From Alphaproteobacteria bacterium (GTDB taxonomy: Bacteria; Pseudomonadota; Alphaproteobacteria; Rhizobiales; CAJQND01), in assembly GCA_024227565.1 (NCBI GenBank), contig JAAEUE010000303.1, forward strand, positions 5,292 to 69,291: a stretch of DNA of 64,000 bases. Direction: 5' to 3'. Under the pieces are notes generated by a model. The model made no database searches. It was given only the letters and a program-made list of their open reading frames with translations, and was not told the origin of the DNA. Of this stretch, positions 47,320 through 57,232 are shown in pieces. The translations under genes were made by a program, and so were the position numbers. The stretch's first letter is position 1; every line of letters begins with the position of its first letter.

Positions 47320-47648
47320 AAACCCCAGCTTTTGAACACATTTGAGGCGATTGACATACGGTGCCGACGAGGTTCAGTTGACGTGATAATCTGCCTCCGG
47401 CAACCGGCAAGGTTGCCTCCTTACGGTACTTACTACGCCACATACTCATTGCCTCACACGCTCCCGGCCGCGAAGAATTAGGTTCTATTGTGGGCAGTAT
47501 GGCGCAAGCATCTGGCGAAAATCACTCACCAAGACACCATGCGTTGTGTTCCATGGAGCAAGCCGCATACGAGATGCGTGCAATTTGAGAAAATCAATTA
47601 ACCATAAGCGCTTAAAGCGGGCCGGTTAGACTTTTTTGACCTGGCACC

Positions 47649-47678
47649 CTTGACATAAATGGGCTTTATCCCTACATC
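47649..47678 (+). promoter_or_regulatory. putative groESL promoter (sigma-70 TTGACA -35 overlapping an RpoH-like CTTG...CCTACAT)
   Basis: CTTGACA at 47649-47655. CCTACAT at 47671-47677 is a near match to the alphaproteobacterial RpoH -10 consensus CYTATNT at 18-nt spacing. CIRCE lies 12 nt downstream. Confidence 0.45.
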
Positions 47679-47689
47679 CCCGGCTGCTG

Positions 47690-47716
47690 TTAGCACTCAC
47701 AACGAGAGAGTGCTAA
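47690..47716 (+). promoter_or_regulatory. CIRCE operator (HrcA binding site)
   Basis: TTAGCACTC-ACAACGAGA-GAGTGCTAA is a perfect match to TTAGCACTC-N9-GAGTGCTAA, 98 nt upstream of groES. Confidence 0.92.
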
Positions 47717-47814
47717 CACTGTAATTGATGCGGACGGGGCGCTTGGGGCGCAACGCCCGCAACAGACCAAAACCAAAGAGAAAACAACCTAGCACTTCGA
47801 GGAGTAATCGAGAG

Positions 47815-48105
47815 ATGAAATTTCGTCCTCTCCATGATCGTGTGTTGGTTCGCCGTGTTGCAGAAGACACAAAAACGGCGGGCGGCATCATCATCCCAGA
47901 CACAGCGCAAGAAAAGCCTATGGAAGGTGAAATCATTTCCGCAGGCAGCGGCGCCAAGAGCGAAGACGGCACGGTAACCCCGCTTGACGTCAAAAAAGGC
48001 GACCGTGTCCTGTTCGGCAAATGGTCCGGCACGGAAGTCAAGGTCGACGGCAAAGATCTGTTGATCATGAAAGAATCCGACATCATGGGCATCATCGAAA
48101 AGTAA
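47815..48105 (+). CDS. groES: co-chaperonin GroES
   Basis: [35 protein letters not shown]..., 96 aa. Confidence 0.97.
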   Translation: MKFRPLHDRVLVRRVAEDTKTAGGIIIPDTAQEKPMEGEIISAGSGAKSEDGTVTPLDVKKGDRVLFGKWSGTEVKVDGKDLLIMKESDIMGIIEK

Positions 48106-49824
<1,719 letters not shown>

Positions 49825-49852
49825 GCCACCCGGCCAAACCGGTTAAACTAAG

Positions 49853-49885
49853 AGCCGCCCGCAGGAAACTGTGGGCGGCTTTTTC
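49853..49885 (+). terminator. rho-independent terminator of groESL
   Basis: AGCCGCCC-GCAGGAAACTGT-GGGCGGCT followed by TTTTC. Confidence 0.8.
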
Positions 49886-49899
49886 GTGACTACCAGTGG

Positions 49900-50754
49900 T
49901 TAGGCCCGTTTTCTTTCAGCCAGAATTCGCTCGACCCTTGGTCCATAGATGCGGACATTGATCTCATCACAGGCGACGCGCCCGGGTTCTTCATCGTAGG
50001 TGAAGATGGCCGTGACTCTGGGCAGGCTGCCCTCAATCTCCGTCACCCCATGCAGAGAATACTCCCCGCGGAACAGGGTCAGCGCACCTGCGCTACGGCT
50101 GAATGTTTTTGCATTGCTCATGTCGCCGGAAAGAAATTGATCGACAACTTCGCGGTTCTCATCGTCCTTGGTGCGAACGTTGGGAAGGAAGGTGAACTCG
50201 CCTCCTTTTTCTGCTGCCTGCAGCAGAAGGGTCACCGTGCATTCATTGTAGTCATAATGCCAGCCATGCCAGCCGCCCGGTGGAAGCGCCACGATGTTTA
50301 GGGCTTGGAATTCATCGGCGTAGCGATAGAGCTCAGACTTGCCCTGCACACGCCTTACAAACTCCGTGAGCACCTCTGACCGGTAGAGCCGTTGGATCAA
50401 GGTACCTTCAGGCAGTTGGTCATCTGCCAGTTGCATTGCACGATGGGTGTACTCGCGCCGCCGCGGATCGCCTTCGGGAACAGAGCTGTCGACTTTTCCG
50501 CCATAGATGGTTCGTTTTATGGTCAGAAATTCCGCCGTCGGCATGAGTTCGTTTGCCTCGCCGCCAAGCGCTTCCAACCCTTCAGCCCGCACGAAACCAT
50601 CCAGGTTACACCACCCATGCGCCGCCATATGTTCGCAACATTGCTGGAGAAATTCCGAACCCTTTCCCTGGTCGAGATCAACGATCGGGTATCGATCCAG
50701 ATCAAGAAGATCGAGGATGTCGTCGCTTCGTTTCAACGGTTCGCGGCTTTCCAT
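49900..50754 (-). CDS. putative Fe(II)/2-oxoglutarate-dependent oxygenase
   Basis: 284 aa. Candidate facial triad H-x-D in GWHGWHYDYNECTV with a distal His in YSLHGVTEI. GAGGAGGA RBS. The family call is tentative. Confidence 0.5.
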   Translation of the reverse strand: MESREPLKRSDDILDLLDLDRYPIVDLDQGKGSEFLQQCCEHMAAHGWCNLDGFVRAEGLEALGGEANELMPTAEFLTIKRTIYGGKVDSSVPEGDPRRREYTHRAMQLADDQLPEGTLIQRLYRSEVLTEFVRRVQGKSELYRYADEFQALNIVALPPGGWHGWHYDYNECTVTLLLQAAEKGGEFTFLPNVRTKDDENREVVDQFLSGDMSNAKTFSRSAGALTLFRGEYSLHGVTEIEGSLPRVTAIFTYDEEPGRVACDEINVRIYGPRVERILAERKRA

Positions 50755-50860
50755 TGGCGTCCTCCTCTAGAAAAACCCGGTTACTGAACACAAATGGGAG
50801 TTCAACGGACCGCGGGTGTCAACATTAGAAAAAGTGATGGTGTCCGCCCCGAGAACCCGG

Positions 50861-51754
50861 TTAGCCCGCCCGGAACTCTTCGCTGCTCTTAAGCAACCAA
50901 TCGCGAAAGGCCCGCACGGCACGCTGCCGCAAGGTGCTCTTCAGATACACCAGATAATAGCCGCCAAAGTCCATCCCGGTTTCATGGAACCGCACCAGGC
51001 GCCCCTCTGCCAGGTCACGCGCCGCGAGGTCGTCAGAGATCAACGCAACCCCCTGCCCGGCCGCTGCCGCCTCAATGGCCAAAACAGTGCTGAGGGCCCC
51101 AGGGAACGGCGGCAAATGCACATCTGGCACGCCTGCAGCCGCAAACCAATGGCGCCACAGCCAGCCATCATCATCCTCGTGCAACAGCTTGAGCTTGCAC
51201 AGATCCAACGGGCTGTTGATGTCTCCTGCCTTCTGCAGGAGCTTCGGCGAACCAACCGGGTAAACCCGCGCCTTGCTCACCAAGTCGGCCTCCAGCCCAT
51301 CCCAACTGCCCTTGCCGAAGCGGATCGCCAGGTCAAATTCATGCCGTTTCAAATCGGCAAGGCCAGACGAGGAATTGATGCTGACCTCGATCGCCTCGTT
51401 CTGCTCTTGAAACTCACCAAGGCGCGGCATCAACCACTTCACCGCGAACGTGGGCTCGCAGGTGGTGTACACCACGCCTTCGGGCCAATCGGCCAAAGCC
51501 TCTGTCGCCTCCGCAATGGTATCCAACGCCGGAGAAACGGCCTTCAGATATTCGTGGCCGTCCTCGGTCAACTCCACCCCGCGCTTGGCGGTGCGGAAAA
51601 ACAACACGCCCAGCCGCTCTTCAAGCCCGCGCACATGCCGGCTGATGGCTGCATGGCTCACGTTCAGTTCCTCTGCCGCATTGGAGAAGCTCTGATGGCG
51701 GGCAGCGGCTTCAAAAGCACGAACAGCATTGAGGGGTGGCAATCGTCTGACCAT
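50861..51754 (-). CDS. LysR family transcriptional regulator (GcvA-like)
   Basis: MVRRLPPLNAVRAFEAAARHQSFSNAAEELNVSHAAISRHVRGLEERLG. About 297 aa from the internal Met. Confidence 0.85.
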   Translation of the reverse strand: MVRRLPPLNAVRAFEAAARHQSFSNAAEELNVSHAAISRHVRGLEERLGVLFFRTAKRGVELTEDGHEYLKAVSPALDTIAEATEALADWPEGVVYTTCEPTFAVKWLMPRLGEFQEQNEAIEVSINSSSGLADLKRHEFDLAIRFGKGSWDGLEADLVSKARVYPVGSPKLLQKAGDINSPLDLCKLKLLHEDDDGWLWRHWFAAAGVPDVHLPPFPGALSTVLAIEAAAAGQGVALISDDLAARDLAEGRLVRFHETGMDFGGYYLVYLKSTLRQRAVRAFRDWLLKSSEEFRAG

Positions 51755-51868
51755 CCGGACATGTGACTTTTTCTTACATGACGTGTCAAGCAAAGGCGTT
51801 TGTGGATTGTCCTGCCCAAGCCCATCTAGAGCTCAACGCAACTGCGAACACGCCGAAAGGAAAATAAA

Positions 51869-52123
51869 ATGGCATATGTAGACCAACTGTCTGGCGCCCA
51901 AATCGCGGCGCATGCGGCCTATTCACAAGCAACCGCAGGCAACCTGATTGCCGGCGCACTTTTGGATGGCTTCGCTCTTTTGCGCGGCTGGCTGAGTACC
52001 CGCAAGGCAACACGCGAATTGCGCTTGCTCGATGCCCACCTGTTGAACGATATTGGCCTCGACAAGTCAGATATTCCTGCGCAGGCTCCTGCAAGTTTCA
52101 TCGGGCTGAACCCACGCATCTAA
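51869..52123 (+). CDS. DUF1127 domain small protein
   Basis: 84 aa. RKATRELRLLDAHLLNDIGLDKSDI matches the DUF1127 core. Divergent from the LysR gene. Confidence 0.7.
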   Translation: MAYVDQLSGAQIAAHAAYSQATAGNLIAGALLDGFALLRGWLSTRKATRELRLLDAHLLNDIGLDKSDIPAQAPASFIGLNPRI

Positions 52124-52152
52124 CATGAAGCAAAAAGCCGCCGGGAGAGAAG

Positions 52153-52584
52153 GTGATGATCGACAGCGACGAACGACCCCTCACCGGCGGCTGCCAATGC
52201 GGTTCCGTGCGCTACGAAATCGGCGCCGAGCCGCTTAATCTTTACGCCTGCCACTGCAAGCAGTGCCGCAAGCAATCCGGCTCATCTTTCGGGATGTCCC
52301 TGGTCGTCCCCAGCGACAGCTTCAAGCTCACCTCAGGCACCCCCAAAAGCTGGCAACGGCTGACGGACCAAGGGTCTGAAATGACCTGCTGGTTTTGCCC
52401 CGGCTGCGGCAGCCGGATCTATCATCAATCCTCAAGCTGGCCAGATCAGTTGAGCGTCAAAGGCGGCACGGTCGATCAGCCCGTGGAAGCCGGCGCAGCC
52501 ATCCACATCTGGACCTCACACGGCCTGCCCTCAACGCCGATCCCCGTGGGCGCAACAACCTTCCCCTTTGAGCCTGACGACTAG
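52153..52584 (+). CDS. GFA (glutathione-dependent formaldehyde-activating / CENP-V) family protein
   Basis: GGCQCGSVRYEI, CHCKQCRKQSGSSF and CPGCGSRIYH zinc-binding Cys pattern. Confidence 0.8.
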   Translation: MMIDSDERPLTGGCQCGSVRYEIGAEPLNLYACHCKQCRKQSGSSFGMSLVVPSDSFKLTSGTPKSWQRLTDQGSEMTCWFCPGCGSRIYHQSSSWPDQLSVKGGTVDQPVEAGAAIHIWTSHGLPSTPIPVGATTFPFEPDD

Positions 52585-52618
52585 GGCAAGTTTTGCTCAA
52601 TCTGAGCAAAACTTGCCC
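52584..52618. terminator. perfect 16-bp hairpin between convergent genes (probable bidirectional terminator)
   Basis: GGGCAAGTTTTGCTCA-ATC-TGAGCAAAACTTGCCC. It starts at the last base of the GFA stop codon. Confidence 0.6.
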
Positions 52619-52683
52619 CAGATTATCGTTATGGGTGAGCAACTTATCCCCGCTCAGCCGTTTCCGTCTGATCGGGGGTTGCT

Positions 52684-54114
52684 CTAACGGGCGCAAGAGT
52701 TTGCGATCTTGCCGGCAAGGAACGAAGGAATGGACCCTGCCCCCCGATAGCCGCTGCACAGTTTCCCGACGCGGCCGGGATCCTTGGACGATCCTTTGAA
52801 GCAGTATAGTCCGGTGCCGTTCTTCTGGATTTGGAAGCGCATGCCCTCAGCGCCAGAGGGCAGCTTGCCGGCGAGATAGTTGAGCGCGTGGATCCTGTCA
52901 GCCGAGGCCCGGGCCGGCAGCCGTTCTGGGCGAATGTGCATCTTCGTAACGGGGATCACCTCAACCGCCCGGGTGAACAGCTTGCCGTTCTTGCCCTTGC
53001 GCAAGTGCACCCGCCCAACCACACCGAAATCGCGGCAAACGCCTTTCTTTCCCATGTTGGCTGTGCCGTGGTGGAGAAAATTGCCCAGCCCGTAGAAGAT
53101 TACCGAATTTCCCACCCGCTCCACGGCACGCGGAACGTGAGCGTGATGGCCGATCACCAGATCGACTTTCTTCTTCTGAGCCGCCAAACCGCGCCACTGC
53201 TTGATTTGCCGCGCATCAGCGCGCACCCGGCCTTCAACGCCATAGTGAATGGAAAGGATCTGATAATCGCTTTTGGTTTCGGCAAGCCGGTCAACCGACA
53301 AGCGGTAATCATCGTCGAACCGGTAGGCAATCTGGCCTGGTTTGCTTTTGCCGGCCCGGTGACGGGCCAGGTTGTTGGTGACAATGCCAATGGCGGAGAA
53401 CCCCACGGTGCTGCCCTTGACCTTGACCAGATGGGGCCGGCTCGCCTCTTCCCGGTTGGCACCGATGCCCGCGTAGGCTTTCAATCCATCGTTCTTCAAG
53501 GGTCTGATATGGCGCAGAGTTTCATTCAGGCCGGCCACCTTGTAGTCCATGGAATGGTTGTTGGCCAAAGACATCAGATTAAACCCGCGCTTCACAAGCT
53601 GGCGAATGCCATTGGGGTGGCTGCGGAAGTTGAAGGGCCCCTTTTGGCCTTTCAGGTCGCGCGAGAGCTTGTTGTGGTTCGTGACAACGGTCTCGATATT
53701 GGTGAAATTGAGATCGCCGTTGATCTCCTTGGCAATGCCGCTCATGGCCTCGTTCCACGGCTGTCGGCGGCCAAATTTGAGCACGCCCTTCGGGTGCACC
53801 GGCGAGTTATTTCGGCTGAAACCAGTATCACCGGTGACCACAATGGTGACCGTGTCTGGAGATAAGTCGGCAGCGGCTGGGGCTTCAACAGCCGTTGGTT
53901 TGGGAACCGGAATCGGTTTCGCCGCCGGTTCAGCGCCCAGTTTGTCTTGCTTGTTGATGCTTTTCGCCGGAGGACGTTTCAGAAAATCCCCAATGGGGTC
54001 ATTGTTTTCCGCAAACCCGGGGGTGGCCGCAATCGCGCCGATCACGATCACAGAAACACCGGTCAAAAAGCGGCTACGCACTGCATCAAGCATTACAGGT
54101 TCTTTCATGTTCAA
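52684..54114 (-). CDS. CapA-family (PGA_cap) metallophosphoesterase-like protein, secreted
   Basis: 476 aa. Signal/anchor VSVIVIGAIAATPGFA, Pro/Ala linker, then TIVVTGDTGF...DLNFTNIETV...NLMSLANNHSMDY...LVIGHHAHV. Confidence 0.7.
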   Translation of the reverse strand: MNMKEPVMLDAVRSRFLTGVSVIVIGAIAATPGFAENNDPIGDFLKRPPAKSINKQDKLGAEPAAKPIPVPKPTAVEAPAAADLSPDTVTIVVTGDTGFSRNNSPVHPKGVLKFGRRQPWNEAMSGIAKEINGDLNFTNIETVVTNHNKLSRDLKGQKGPFNFRSHPNGIRQLVKRGFNLMSLANNHSMDYKVAGLNETLRHIRPLKNDGLKAYAGIGANREEASRPHLVKVKGSTVGFSAIGIVTNNLARHRAGKSKPGQIAYRFDDDYRLSVDRLAETKSDYQILSIHYGVEGRVRADARQIKQWRGLAAQKKKVDLVIGHHAHVPRAVERVGNSVIFYGLGNFLHHGTANMGKKGVCRDFGVVGRVHLRKGKNGKLFTRAVEVIPVTKMHIRPERLPARASADRIHALNYLAGKLPSGAEGMRFQIQKNGTGLYCFKGSSKDPGRVGKLCSGYRGAGSIPSFLAGKIANSCAR

Positions 54115-54201
54115 CAGGACAGACCTTCCGGTTACCTGATTCGGACCACAATATCACTTGTCCGCAGTTCCCGGGGGCATTCTCGCAAAGGCCTGTCTTC
54201 C

Positions 54202-55377
54202 TCAGTCAAACGCGCAATCCTTGCCCCAGGCCTTGGCGCAGGCGGCGTTGGCGAAGAACACCTCAAGCTGCCCCTTGGCAAACGCCAGCCAATATTTATC
54301 GCGCTGGAAGGATGCCTCCATGCGCAAGACGTCGCCCTGGTTCTGGTAGCGCCAATAGCCGGCCAACATCTGCAACTCCATCGGCTTCAGCTCAGGCAAC
54401 GTGTTGTAGTCGGCCCCAGGGGGGCCGTTACGGCCCGGCAACGCGCGCAAGGCGCCAAGAAATCCCTTGAACGTATAGAACGCATCGGATGGCGCGAGAA
54501 AGGCGAGCTGATACTCAGGCTCCACCTCCGGGTCGGTGATGTCGTCCGCTGTAAAAAACGGACGGCGGCCGGTGCCCAGCATGTAGCGGAAGTTGGCTGG
54601 TGTCAGAAAAGGTACCGCGCGGTGGCTCGTTCGGCCCTCTGCGTAAGGATAGAGCTCGTTGGAGCCTTCAGCCACGGCGATCTGCGGGCGTCCATCTTGG
54701 GGCAGGTCAATCTGTTCGCCCACCAAATAGGTTCTGAGATAGTTGTGCTGCTGCAGCATGATTGCAAACGCACGGCCGGCTTGATCCAATATCACCGTCA
54801 CGCTGGTGTAGTGATCAAGCTGATGCCAGTCATCGAGATCCCCCAGAAGACCCAGCCCGATCTTCTGCCAGCCCAGCAGCCCACTTGTCAGGCCGGAATG
54901 GGCGAACACCGCATTGTAGGTGAGAAAGGTGAGCGCCTGGGGCGTGCCCAGCCAAACCAGGTTGGCGCGGGAAACACGTCCATAAATCTTCGGGGTTTGA
55001 GGGGCCGCGTGTGCCCGGGCCGCGGCCGGCTCATGGCTGAAAATAACACCTGGATCATTCTTGTGCACATTCAGCAGTTCTGCCGAAACGGTCTTGGAAA
55101 TCACCGCTCCAGATTCAGACACCAAGGCGCCGCGGGCAATGTAGGACCGGTAAAAGTCAATGAAACCAGTTTGCCCGGCGCGGAGAAAAAACCTCGGCCT
55201 ATGCTTGGCCAACAACGCCTGGTCACCAACAGAGGGCGGCTCATCGGATGGCGGATTTGCGGCATACCATGCAGCAAAGCCGGGATACTGAGAGAAGTTT
55301 TGTGACGCGGCCTGCGCAGTGCCCGCGGCAAAGATCAGCAACAAACACAGCAAAACCAAGCTGGTTCGCCGTGTCAT
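54202..55377 (-). CDS. hypothetical secreted protein
   Basis: 391 aa. Signal peptide MTRRTSLVLLCLLLIFAAGTAQA. No family recognised. It starts 6 nt after the hisG stop. Confidence 0.55.
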   Translation of the reverse strand: MTRRTSLVLLCLLLIFAAGTAQAASQNFSQYPGFAAWYAANPPSDEPPSVGDQALLAKHRPRFFLRAGQTGFIDFYRSYIARGALVSESGAVISKTVSAELLNVHKNDPGVIFSHEPAAARAHAAPQTPKIYGRVSRANLVWLGTPQALTFLTYNAVFAHSGLTSGLLGWQKIGLGLLGDLDDWHQLDHYTSVTVILDQAGRAFAIMLQQHNYLRTYLVGEQIDLPQDGRPQIAVAEGSNELYPYAEGRTSHRAVPFLTPANFRYMLGTGRRPFFTADDITDPEVEPEYQLAFLAPSDAFYTFKGFLGALRALPGRNGPPGADYNTLPELKPMELQMLAGYWRYQNQGDVLRMEASFQRDKYWLAFAKGQLEVFFANAACAKAWGKDCAFD

Positions 55378-55383
55378 AGCAGC

Positions 55384-56070
55384 CTAACTCAGCTTGGCAA
55401 GCACATCCCTTAACGGGCCAGCTTGCTGGTCTTCACCCTTCACCACGCTCAAACAGGCCTCCGACTTCAGAATGAGGCCGTCGTCCAGAATTTTCAGATT
55501 GTTGGCCTTCAATGTCGAGCCGGTGGAGGTGATGTCCACAATCAGTTCGGCAACACCGGCCGCCGGCGCACCTTCCGTGGCGCCCAGGCTGTCCACCGTG
55601 CGGTAGCCGGTCACCCCTTTGCGGTTGAAGAACCGCCGGGTCACGTTCAGATATTTCGTTGCCACGCGCATGCGCCGCTTATGGCGTTGGTAAAAGCGCT
55701 CCGACACCTCATCCAGGTCGGCCATGGTGTCCACATCAAACCAACATTCAGGCACCGCCACAACAACGTCCGCGTGCCCAAATTCCAGACGCCTCACCAG
55801 GTCAATCTGATCGTCCGTATCCGTGATGTGTTCACGCAGCAAATCGATCCCGGTCACGCCCATATGCACCGAACCGTCGCCAAGCTTATGGGCGATCTCG
55901 CCGGCTGAAAGGAATGCCACCTCAACACCTTCAACGCCGCTCAGACGACCGCGATATCCACGTGCGTCGCCGTTGCGCTCGATGGTGAGGCCGGCGCTGG
56001 CGAACATCTCCTCAGCCTTCTCCATAAGGCGGCCCTTGGACGGAATGGCGATAATGACAGGCTCAGTCAT
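55384..56070 (-). CDS. hisG: ATP phosphoribosyltransferase, short (HisZ-dependent) form
   Basis: MTEPVIIAIPSKGRLMEKAEEMF...GVTGIDLL...DITSTGSTLKAN. About 228 aa. Confidence 0.9.
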   Translation of the reverse strand: MTEPVIIAIPSKGRLMEKAEEMFASAGLTIERNGDARGYRGRLSGVEGVEVAFLSAGEIAHKLGDGSVHMGVTGIDLLREHITDTDDQIDLVRRLEFGHADVVVAVPECWFDVDTMADLDEVSERFYQRHKRRMRVATKYLNVTRRFFNRKGVTGYRTVDSLGATEGAPAAGVAELIVDITSTGSTLKANNLKILDDGLILKSEACLSVVKGEDQQAGPLRDVLAKLS

Positions 56071-57226
56071 CGCTGATCCCTCCTGTAATCGCCGCCAGGC
56101 GCTCGGTGTGAACAGCAAACCCTACCGCAGGAATGGTTTCAGCAGCCCCCAAATCCGACATCAGCCGGTCATAACGGCCACCGCCCACCACCTGCACCGG
56201 CCCGTTCTGACCTTGGGTGTCGATCTGGAAAACATGTCCGGTGTAGTATTCCAGATTGTAGCCAAACTCTGCGGAAAAGACGAACTGGCTGGTATCAACG
56301 CCAAGCTCTGAAAGCAGAACAAAACGCTTGGCGAACAGGTCGAGCGCGCGGTCGAGGGCTGCACCCGGCAGCTCCAACTTCGAAATATCTTCAAACACAT
56401 CAGAGGGCGCCCCGCGAATTGCCAGATAGGCCTCGATTTTCTCCGCCATTTCCGGTTTGAGCGGTTCGGCCACCCGGTCAGCTGCCTTTTCATGCAAACG
56501 TTCGGCAATTTCCTCAACCGTCCGCCCGCCCACCAGCGGAATGTTATCGGCTGTCAGAAGCTCGTCCACACGTGCTTGCGCCTCGGTCACATCGCGCCCA
56601 CTGAGCTCATCAGCCAGGCCATGCGTCGGGCCGCCGCCGGTGGTGAGCTGCTTCAACAGATCGCGGAATGCTTCTGGCCGCCAAAATTGGTGGTGCAGCC
56701 GCGCACGCCAGCGGTTCGGCATCTCAAAACCGGCAAGCACAGCGTCAAACAGGCCGAGATCACCTACCTGAACCGAGTAATCCTCAAGCCCCGCCGTCTC
56801 CACTGCGTCAATCGCCAGAGAGAGCGTTTCAGCCTCTGCACGTTCCCGGTCGCGCGCACCGAAGTTTTCAATGCCAACCTGCTCAAACTCCCGGGGCCGC
56901 AGCCTGCTCGCCCCGCCGCGCTGGAACCGGAAGGCCGGGCCCACATAGCAATATTTGGCCGGGTCGGTCGCCACATCCGCATGCTCCAAATGATAGCGGC
57001 AAGACGGCACCGTGAGATCCGGGCGCAGGCAAAGCTCATTGCCTGCAGGGTCGGTGAACACATAGGTGCGTTGCCGGATATCTTCGCCGGACCGGTCAAG
57101 AAACACATCGGCGGGCTGCAGAATGTCCGGCTCGATATAGCTGTAGCCAGACCCTTCAAACAGGCCGGACATGATGGCCGATTGGCTATCCAGCGCCAAG
57201 CGCTCGTCTGGAGACTTTCCTGTCAT
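56063..57226 (-). CDS. hisZ: ATP phosphoribosyltransferase regulatory subunit
   Basis: 387-aa HisRS paralogue lacking the anticodon domain. It lies between hisS and hisG and overlaps hisG by 8 bp. Confidence 0.85.
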   Translation of the reverse strand: MTGKSPDERLALDSQSAIMSGLFEGSGYSYIEPDILQPADVFLDRSGEDIRQRTYVFTDPAGNELCLRPDLTVPSCRYHLEHADVATDPAKYCYVGPAFRFQRGGASRLRPREFEQVGIENFGARDRERAEAETLSLAIDAVETAGLEDYSVQVGDLGLFDAVLAGFEMPNRWRARLHHQFWRPEAFRDLLKQLTTGGGPTHGLADELSGRDVTEAQARVDELLTADNIPLVGGRTVEEIAERLHEKAADRVAEPLKPEMAEKIEAYLAIRGAPSDVFEDISKLELPGAALDRALDLFAKRFVLLSELGVDTSQFVFSAEFGYNLEYYTGHVFQIDTQGQNGPVQVVGGGRYDRLMSDLGAAETIPAVGFAVHTERLAAITGGISDD

Positions 57227-57232
57227 GGGTCA

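Noticed and set aside
53947-55305. 452-aa ORF antisense to the CapA-like and unknown secreted-protein genes
   Set aside because: Same antisense-frame artefact, with no motifs or signal features. It spans an intergenic gap of the sense genes.
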